Below are positions 1 to 8,265 of a DNA stretch of 46,232 nt, one piece after another. The translations under genes were made by a program, and so were the position numbers. Position 1 is the stretch's first letter, and every line of letters begins with the position of its first letter. The stretch comes from Fonticula alba ATCC 38817 (taxonomy: Eukaryota > Protista > Nucleariida), in assembly GCA_000388065.2 (NCBI GenBank), contig KB932201.1; one strand, written 5' to 3'. The notes below the pieces were generated by a model that ran no database searches, was not told the DNA's origin, and saw only the letters and a list, made by a program, of their open reading frames with translations.

Positions 1-889
1 GTCGTCGGCGGCGTGGTCGAGCTGCTGGACGGCGTGGTCGAGACCGTCGACGATGTCCTCACCGGCGGCGGCAACACCGGCGGCGGCGGCGGCGGCAACA
101 CCGGCGGCGGCAACATGAACGGCGGCAACATGAACGGCGGCTGCCACACCGGCAACTGCCACACCGGCGGCGACACCTGCCAGAACCGCTGCTCGTGCGG
201 CGCCTGCGGCACCCACACCTGCCCGATGCCCACCATGAAGCCCACCCCCAAGCCGACCCCGATGCCCACCAACCCCCCGATGTACTGCATCCCGGGCTAC
301 AACTGCCCGACAACTCCGACCTCCGAGCCGCCGATGTACTGCATCCCGGGACACGACTGCCCGCCTGGCACCCAGCCGCCCATCTACTGCATCCCTGGCT
401 ACAACTGCCCGCCGGTCGGCCACCCGCAGCCGACCCTGCCCGGGCACTACGATCCGGACTTCCCGGACTACTACTACCCCATCCCGCCGCAGGATCAGCC
501 TCACCAGCCCTGGCCCACGGTTCAGCCGACGCCCAAGCCCACGCCCAAGCCGACGCCCAAGCCCACCATGCAGCCGCCCAATCCCTGCCATGTGGAGTGC
601 GGCCACTGCGGCCACTGTGGCAACACCCCGCACCACTGCCCCACCCAGCCTCCCCCCCCGCCCCCCAAGGGCGGCCTGCTGAACAACACCGTCGGCGGTG
701 TGGTCCAGCTGCTGGACGGCGTGGTCGACAACCTGGGCGGCGTCCTGACCGGCAACAAGCGCCGCGACGTGGCCCCGGGCGGCCTGCTGAACAATGTCGT
801 CGGCGGCGTGGTCCAGCTGCTGGACGGCGTGGTCGATACCGCTGACACTGTCCTCACCGGCGGCGGCAACACCGGCGGAGGCGGCAAGA

Positions 890-921
<32 letters not shown>

Positions 922-1600
922 GGCCTGCTGAACAATGTCGTCGGCGGCGTGGTCGAGCTGCTGGACGGCGTGGTCGAGACCGTCGACGATGTCCTCACCG
1001 GCGGCGGCAACACNNNNNNNNNNATGTCGTCGGCGGCGTGGTCGAGCTGCTGGACGGCGTGGTCGAGACCGTCGACGATGTCCTCACCGGCGGCGGCAAC
1101 ACCGGCGGCGGCGGCGGCAACATGAACGGCGGCAACATGAATGGTGGCAACATGAACGGCGGCAACATGAACGGCGGCAACATGAACGGCGGCAACATGA
1201 ACGGCGGCTGCCACACCGGCAACTGCCACACCGGCGGCAATACCTGCCAGAACCGCTGCTCGTGCGGCGCCTGCGGCACCCACAACTGCCCGATGCCCAC
1301 CATGAAGCCGACTCCCAAGCCGACTCCCAAGCCGACGCCCCTGCCCTACTGCCCGCCGGGGTACATCTGCCCGCCGGGCTACCAGTACCCGCCGGGGTAC
1401 CAGCTCCCGCCGACCTACCAAATCCCGCCGGGGTACCAGTACCCGCCTGGGTACCCGCTGCCCGGCGGCGACCACGGTGCCGTGCATCCGACCATGGTCG
1501 TGCCGCCTGGGCACCACCTGCCGCCCGGCTACGGCATGATCGGGCCCTGCTTCGTGTGCGGCCAGTACGGGCACATGATGTGTGGCGGGGCTCGTGCGCG
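1..1600 (+). repeat. Intragenic higher-order modular repeat array
   Basis: (GGLLNN)VVGGVV(E/Q)LLDGVV..VLTG at 1, ~670, ~778, ~922 and 1026 (the last is a gap duplicate). Cys module CHTGNCHTGG.TCQNRCSCGACGTH.CP at ~139 and ~1209, nearly identical at DNA level. NMNGG x2 versus x6; KPTP repeats; PPMYCIPG x3; PPGY hexapeptides. Confidence 0.9.
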
Positions 1601-2105
1601 GTCGGACAGCGCGGCCGCCACGGCCGATGCCGCCGCCGCCCCGGCCAACGGGGTGACCGCGCCATCGCCGGCCGCCGACACCCCGCCGGCCGCCGAGGCC
1701 GGCCCGCTCATCCGCGTGGTCAACTCGATCCTCCGCCGGCGGCCGGCTCGTAGCAAGGGTGCCCGCGCCGACCCGGAGGAAATCCTCCGCGAGGCGGTGC
1801 ACACCATCAAGCAGAACCCGGAGTTCCTGGCCACCGTGATCCCGACCAACCTCGGCCTCACCAATGTCCAGGTGACCGCCGTGCTGGGCCAGCTCCTGCC
1901 CGGGCTGGACCTCAGCGACCTGACGGCCCTCATCCAGGGTGCCGGCAATGGCCCGGCCCTGGGGGTCCTGCGCGGTGGCCGCGACCGCGAAGGCGTCGCC
2001 GCCTCCGGCACCGCCGCCTCCCACGACCAAGGTACGAGGTCATCCTCCCGGGCCCCGGGCCCCGTGTCGCCGGGGCCGACGCCGCCGCCGCCGCCGCCGC
2101 TGCCG

Positions 2106-2141
<36 letters not shown>

Positions 2142-3875
2142 GTGCCCCCGGCATCCGCCTCTTCCTCCCCCCCTTCGCCGCGGCCCCCCGTGGGGCGGGT
2201 GTTGCAGACGAAGTCCATTGTGTCGCCCTCGCGGCGGGTGCCCCCGCGGCGGGTGCCGGTATCCAATGTGCCCCGCACGCCGGAGGTCATCCCGCCGTCG
2301 GTGCAGCTCCCGCCGCCCAAGGGGCCCGGGCCCAAGCTCCGCCCGATGCCCGACGGCCGGGAGGAAAACCAGTGGACGCTGAAGCCCAACGCGCCGACCC
2401 TCACCTTGAACATCGGTCCGGATGGGGTTCCGCAGATGCTGGTCATTCGCCAAGTGTTGTCCGAGCTGCAGCAGCAGGCAGCGACGGCCGGTGGTGCCGG
2501 CACCACCGGCGAGCCGGCCGGTCGCCGCCACCACCCTGCCCAGGAAGGTGTCCATGAGAGTGGTGGGGATGGCGGCGCAGTGGGGCTGGTGCGGGGCCGC
2601 GGGCGCCGGGACGATGCCAATGCCATGGCATCCGCCGGTGGCGTTGGCACTGGCACCACGGACCAGCAACTGGTCGAGGCCATGCTGCAGGTCCTGCGGG
2701 GCGCCTCGCCATCGGTCGAGGGGGCCACCTCGCCGGATGCCGCGGCCCTGCAGCAGCTCCTGCTGGAGTATACCCAGCGCACGGCGGCCGTCGAGGCGGA
2801 GGTCACCGCCGCGTCCAGCACCCGGCCCGATGGGCCTGGCCATATGCCGCACGGTACCACAGTGGATGATGAGAGGCAGCCGGCGCCGGCCGGTACGGCC
2901 ACCGCCCCGGTTGGCGGGGCGCCCGTAGCCCCCCCGGCCCGGCCGCCGTTTGCCAGTAACACCGGCGGCTGGGGAGCGGGCGACTCGGCGGTGACGGTGG
3001 TGGCGGGCGGCGGCGGCGGCCCGGCCGCTGGTGCTGGTGGCCAGCCGCCCGGGCCGTGGACACACCAGGGCGACGGTGCCGAGCAGCTTTACTACCCCCC
3101 GAGTGGCGGGGTGCCGGGCCACGGCGGGGCAGGGCTCCATGGGGCCGGGATTGCCTTTGCCCCGTCAGCCGGCGGGGGGGCGTCTCCGGGAGGTGGCGGT
3201 GGTGGCGGCGCGGTCTTCAGCAGTCGCCGGCAGCAGCAGCAGCAGCAGCAGCAACAAACACAACAGTTCTCGAGCGTTGATGGCGGCACCGCCGCGGGCG
3301 CCGGCCGAGGGACCCTGAGCTGGGACCCCTCGAGCTGGGACAGCCAGCGGGGCAGGCCCTTCGGCAGCATGCCGGTGCATCATGCCGGGCATGTGGCTCC
3401 GGGCCTGCCGACCCTGGGCCAGCTCCTGCGTCTGGACAATGGCCAGCATGCGGTCCTGCTGCCGGATGGCCGGGTGCTCGGCCTCGCCAGCGACCTGGTG
3501 GAGGCCGGCCCTGCCAAGCCGGCCGGGCCCGTGATTGCGGAGACTGTCCAGGAGGCGCTTGACGAGAGTGTCCATGTCCATGCAAAGGCCACGCCGGCGA
3601 CGGCGGATGGTGATGAGGGCGATGATGATGGCGATGATGATGGCGATGATGATGACGATGGCCGGCCGTGGCACGCTCGCCGCCCGGCGGGCCAGGGAAC
3701 CGTGAACAGTGTCCTTCAGAACAGTGTCGAAGAGAAGCACCAGGCCGCGGCGGCCAGCAGCGGGGCGGCCACCACCCACCTCGAGGGTGGCATCCACCAC
3801 CACCCGGAGGGCGAGGTGGCCGCCGACCCGCGCGGCCCCCAGCCGCCGGCGTCCTCCTCCGCCATCACCCCGGGT

Positions 3876-3910
<35 letters not shown>

Positions 3911-4907
3911 GCACTACCCCTCAGCACCTCCCCACTTGGCCCATGACGACGACACTGACAATTGGATGCCCATCCTCCCGTCCAATGCCGACCCCCACCT
4001 CCCCCCTGGTGGTGGTGCTACTGCCGGGCTCGGCGGCGCCGCAGGCCACCAGACCGCCGACGCGGCGCACCACGCCGGCTCGGTGGCCGCCGACGAGACG
4101 GCCGCCCAGCAGACGGAGCACGACCGCGCCGGGGCCGACCACGCGGAGAATGTGGAGTTCTCCCACGGCCAGCCGGTGGAGGTCTACCACGACGCGCACC
4201 GCGAGCAGCAGGACGGCAGCGAGCCCATGATGCACATCCTGCCGATGCCGGACTACCAGGAGGAGATCCACACCAGTGCCGGCGACAGCGAGTCCGACCA
4301 GCTGATGCACATCCTGCCGGTGCTGGACTTCCAGGAGGAGGACCACGCCTCGGCCCCGGCCGCCGGCAGTGACTCCGACCCGATGATGCACATCCTGCCG
4401 ATCCAGGAGAAGGCCACCCTGCTGCGTAGCCAGGTGGCCGACGGCGCGGCCGGCGGCGAGGCCACCGGCGCCCTCGGCGTCTTCCCCATCCTCATGGCGG
4501 TCATGGGTGTCACGGCCCTCGGTCTGGCGGCCATGATGCTGGTGGCCACGCGGTCGCGCGCCGCTCGCCGCCGTGCGGGCGCCTCGCTGCGCTCATTCGC
4601 CCGGCGCATCACCGGAGCCCCGGAGTCCCGTCGCCGTCGCGGCGGCCAGGGCGCCGCCAGCAGCCTCGGCTACGAGGGCCCGGCCGCCGGCCCGACCGCC
4701 GTCGCCGTCCAGGCCGGCTCCGCCTCCCCGGCGGCCGTCGGTCCCGTGGTGGCTGGCAACGCCGCGGTCACCACCCTGCCGGTGGTTGTCGACAGCGCCA
4801 GCGCCCCCCTGATCCAGATGCCTGCCGCGCCGGAGGGCAACGGCTGGGCCGAATCCTGGAACAGCGACCTCGAGGAGGACCTCGAGGGCAGCGTCGGCAC
4901 CAACTAA
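1..4907 (+). CDS. 5'-partial modular repeat-rich single-pass membrane/surface protein (amphipathic LLDGVV repeats, Cys/His modules, Pro/Tyr repeats, near-C-terminal TM helix)
   Basis: Frame +1 is open 1..1013 and frame +3 is open 1026..4907 (TAA). Collapsing the 79-bp duplicate around the N-gap at 1014-1023 joins them in frame. Strong C/G third-position bias. Hydrophobic segment GALGVFPILMAVMGVTALGLAAMMLVAT (~4465-4550) is followed by basic RSRAARRR (positive-inside). Start codon and any signal peptide lie upstream of the window. Confidence 0.8.
1014..1023. other. Assembly gap (10 N) flanked by a 79-bp direct duplicate
   Basis: 935..1013 is identical to 1024..1102. Confidence 0.95.
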
Positions 4908-5507
4908 GGGGCGTGCAAGTGTGCCGGCCCCGCGTCGCGCTCTCCTGTGGCGCGCGCGCGCCCCCCCCCCCCCCGCCCCCCCCGCCCCCCCACCGCGCCT
5001 GTCGTCGACCGCGATGAGAGTCACCCCCCTGCGCGCCTTGTGCTGCCGGTCTTCGCGCCCCGTGAAGAGGGCGGCATCCGCGTGTGTCGGGAGGTGGGCA
5101 TCTGCCCAAGGCACCGGCGTGTGGTGGGAGTAAGCAGGGACGAGCAAAGAGACACACGTAGCGAGCTCGAGAGAGAAAGAGAGAGAGAGAGAGGCAGAGC
5201 GAGCAAGCATGCGCGGGGAGAGCAGGCGGAAGAAAGGCATCCGCATGGGATGACGCAAAGCCCTGCCGGAGGTGGCCACATAGCCGCGCGAGAAAAGACA
5301 ACCCGGGAACGGACCGGAGAAGGCTGCGAGGGCGTCAGGGTGCGCGTGGGAGCAACAGGCACGCGAGAGGAAGTCGGAGGAGCGCGCATGGGTGTCCGGA
5401 CCACATCGGCATCCGTTGTCCTCTGTGCCCCCCCCCGCTGCCCTGCTCTCGCCTGCGTGCCCTCCGCCCCCGGCCGAGTGTCTTCTCCCGTCCTCGCTGT
5501 CTCCCTC

Positions 5508-5550
<43 letters not shown>

Positions 5551-5725
5551 CTCGGTGGAGTGGACAGGCCCGAAGTAGCAGGGGCCTCCAAGTGTGTGAG
5601 CCCCCCTGTCCCCTTCCCCTCCAATTGCCCCTACCCCCCCCCCCCCCCCCCATGGCTGAGGCGTGCGCAGTGCAGACGCACATCCGTAGTAATTTACCTA
5701 GGAAATGAGATTTGTTGTAGTATTT

Positions 5726-5731
5726 AATAAA
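5726..5731 (+). promoter_or_regulatory. Candidate polyadenylation signal (AATAAA) for the upstream + strand gene
   Basis: AATAAA within a rare AT-rich island (~5690-5760), about 820 nt after the stop at 4907. Confidence 0.4.
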
Positions 5732-6210
5732 CTCAGCTCGATTAAATAGGCACACCCATCTTCTGATTGTGGGGCGAAGGGAAGGATCCACGAAAAAAAA
5801 TGGGGGGGCGCAAGCTCGGGAAGCACGCGTGGGAACCCTCGATCGGGCCGCGCGTTCGTGGGCAGCCCCGTCCCGCACACACGCACAGAGCGGCCTGCCT
5901 CCGGGCGAGGTCCCAGTGATTTGGACGCGCACGTGCGTGCCCATCGAGGGGTGGGGGGATGTGGTGGCGCGCCCGATGGTCGTCCCGGGGGGGGGAGGAG
6001 GACACACCCGGGCCGAAAAAGGCCATTAAAAAATCCCTCACATTGTGAGTGCCGAGAGCCGGCATCCACAACCGTCAACGGGGATCCGGTCGCCGATCGA
6101 CCCGCGATCTGTCCCCTCTTTGTGGTCACTCCCTTTTCGCTTGCCCCCTTTGCTCCTCTGCCACCTTCGTTCGCGTGCTGTCTCTCCCCCTCTGTCTCCT
6201 GTGCACCGTC

Positions 6211-8256
6211 ATGGGAGATGCCCCCCCCGGGCCGGCCCGCACACTGTGCACTCTCCCCCCGCCTCTGCCTGCGCCTCGAGTGCGCTTTCGTCTGGATGCG
6301 TTGGCGGAGGATCTCCACGCCCGGGCGTGCCCGGGCGCCATGGCCAATGGCCCGCCCGCGGTGTCCTGGTCCCTTGTCTTCGACCGGCTTGGCCTGGATC
6401 CGGAGCCGGCCAAGGACGACGAGTTCCTTGCTCCGCTGCCGGGCTCGCCCTCGAAAGGGGCATCTCGCTCCGGCAGCAGGAGCCATGTCGCCTCTCCGAC
6501 CCGGGGCCCAAACAGCCGGGCGGCTCCGGGCGCTCGGGAAAGCCCAAGTGCCAAGAAGATCCGACCGGCAAGTGCGAAAGCCACTCCGAGGGCCTCCTCG
6601 TCCAGTCGAATGGCCATGCTGGCCACGACGGCCCCCCCGTCGGAGCGCCCCACCCCGGTGACCATGGCAATGCCGGGCATGGTCCAGGGTGCCTCCGGCA
6701 CCCCGGCTGCCTCAGCCCGGTTGATGGGCCCAGCAGCGGTCACAGCGAATTCCCCCGCATCCCGGGCTCGGGCCACATTCGGATTGGGGACATCATCTCC
6801 CGCGGCTGGTCCGGCATCGACAGCCGGTGGCTCGGCCCCTCCGCCAGCCACGAAGACCATGCCCCCAGCCACCGCCCAGTCATCCGGGCCGCCGCCCCCC
6901 GCCGTAGTCATGTCACCAAGCAAGGCAGCAAAGCCGAAGGCCCCTCGAGCGCTCAGGACCCCGGCGGTCCGGGAGTCTGTTTCTGAGGCCCCTCAAAAGA
7001 CCCTGCCCCCGGCAGCTCAGCCAGCCCCACCGCAGGCACCTCAAGCATCCGTGACGCAGGCGTCTCGGGCACCCGTGGCACAGGCGTCTCGGGAAGCCTT
7101 GCCGCAGGCTCCTGAAGCACCCGTGGCACAAGCCCCTCAAGCACCCGTGGCACAGGCCCCTCAAGCACCCATGGCACAGGCCCCTCAAGCACCCATGGCA
7201 CAGGCCCCTCAAGCACCCATGGCACAGGCTCCTCAAGCACCCATGGCACAGGCTCCTCAAGCACCCATGGCACAGGCCCCTCAAGCACCCATGGCACAAG
7301 CCCTTCAACCACTCGTGGCACAGGCCCCTCAAGCGCCCGTGCCGCAGGTGCATCAGCCACCGAGGACGCCAGGGCGCCCCAAGGCCCCCACGCGGCAGGC
7401 GGCCCGAGCGTCCCCCCGACAGGGGGTCTCAGACCGAACGTCGCAAAAACCCCCAGCATCCCCGGTACAAGCAAGCCAAGTGGCGGCCCCGCGGGCAGCT
7501 CGGGTGCCGCCACTCTCGGCTCAGCCGGCTTCCTTGCGGCGCCCGGCCCCCCGGTCATCCTTCATCGACATCGACTGTGACGTGTCCTCCGGCGAGTCGG
7601 ACTCGTCGGACGATGGGGACTTCGACATTCCGAACACGCAGGATCGCATGTTCATTGATGACCGCGACTCGGAGTCGGCCTCATCGCCGAGCAGCTCGCC
7701 GAGCCAGCTGGGGCTCCGGTTCTTGGAGGCCGTCAGCCCCCTGGCACGGGGGTCCCGACGCCGGGGGCCGCCAGCCGCCGGGGCCTTCCAACTGACCGGC
7801 CAAAGCCTGTGGGCCGATCGGGCCGATGCGGAGGCCGACTTCGATCCCGACTCTCAGGGGACGACACAGGCCGACTCGAGCCTGTGCGACTTCATCGTCA
7901 GTGACGAGGAGGATGTCGAGGAAATCGACCTGCTCGGGAGTTCCGATGAGGAGTGCCACGACGATGGGGATGGCGATCCGGCGCAGCCATGCGGGACCGG
8001 CCGGGGCCGGGGCCGGGGCCGGGGCCGGTCCGGGCGTCTGGTTCTCGGGAATTCCTGGGACGGGCCGCCGGGGTCGGAGGCGCTGGCTCCGGTCGACAGG
8101 GGCCGGACAAACCGCCGGCGCCGGCGCCAGCGGCTGCTGGCTAATGCGGAGGATCTTTTCGCGCACATCGATGATGGTGACGACCTTCATCATGGACCCC
8201 CTCGGCGGAGGCGTGTTCGCGAGGCTCTGTCCCAAGTAACCTTCTCCCAGTTCTAG
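6211..8256 (+). CDS. Hypothetical low-complexity protein with APQAPMAQ octapeptide array and C-terminal acidic motifs
   Basis: Single open frame from ATG 6211 to TAG 8256 (~681 aa). Pro/Ala/Ser/Gln-rich. Acidic segments SFIDIDCDVSSGESD..TQDRMFIDD and DSSLCDFIVSDEE; basic clusters RRRRR near the C-terminus. Confidence 0.65.
   Translation: MGDAPPGPARTLCTLPPPLPAPRVRFRLDALAEDLHARACPGAMANGPPAVSWSLVFDRLGLDPEPAKDDEFLAPLPGSPSKGASRSGSRSHVASPTRGPNSRAAPGARESPSAKKIRPASAKATPRASSSSRMAMLATTAPPSERPTPVTMAMPGMVQGASGTPAASARLMGPAAVTANSPASRARATFGLGTSSPAAGPASTAGGSAPPPATKTMPPATAQSSGPPPPAVVMSPSKAAKPKAPRALRTPAVRESVSEAPQKTLPPAAQPAPPQAPQASVTQASRAPVAQASREALPQAPEAPVAQAPQAPVAQAPQAPMAQAPQAPMAQAPQAPMAQAPQAPMAQAPQAPMAQAPQAPMAQALQPLVAQAPQAPVPQVHQPPRTPGRPKAPTRQAARASPRQGVSDRTSQKPPASPVQASQVAAPRAARVPPLSAQPASLRRPAPRSSFIDIDCDVSSGESDSSDDGDFDIPNTQDRMFIDDRDSESASSPSSSPSQLGLRFLEAVSPLARGSRRRGPPAAGAFQLTGQSLWADRADAEADFDPDSQGTTQADSSLCDFIVSDEEDVEEIDLLGSSDEECHDDGDGDPAQPCGTGRGRGRGRGRSGRLVLGNSWDGPPGSEALAPVDRGRTNRRRRRQRLLANAEDLFAHIDDGDDLHHGPPRRRRVREALSQVTFSQF
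7021..7356 (+). repeat. 24-bp coding minisatellite (consensus GCACCCATGGCACAGGCCCCTCAA, encoding APMAQAPQ)
   Basis: About 13-14 units; near-perfect in 7117..7350 and degenerate at the edges. Confidence 0.95.
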
Positions 8257-8265
8257 CTCAATACA

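Noticed and set aside
5825-5830. ACGCGT (MCB-like) site upstream of the repeat protein gene
   Set aside because: A single 6-mer in CG-rich sequence is expected by chance.
7117-7350. Regular direct repeats resembling a CRISPR array
   Set aside because: No unique spacers; the 24-bp units are tandem, in frame and coding, in a eukaryotic context.
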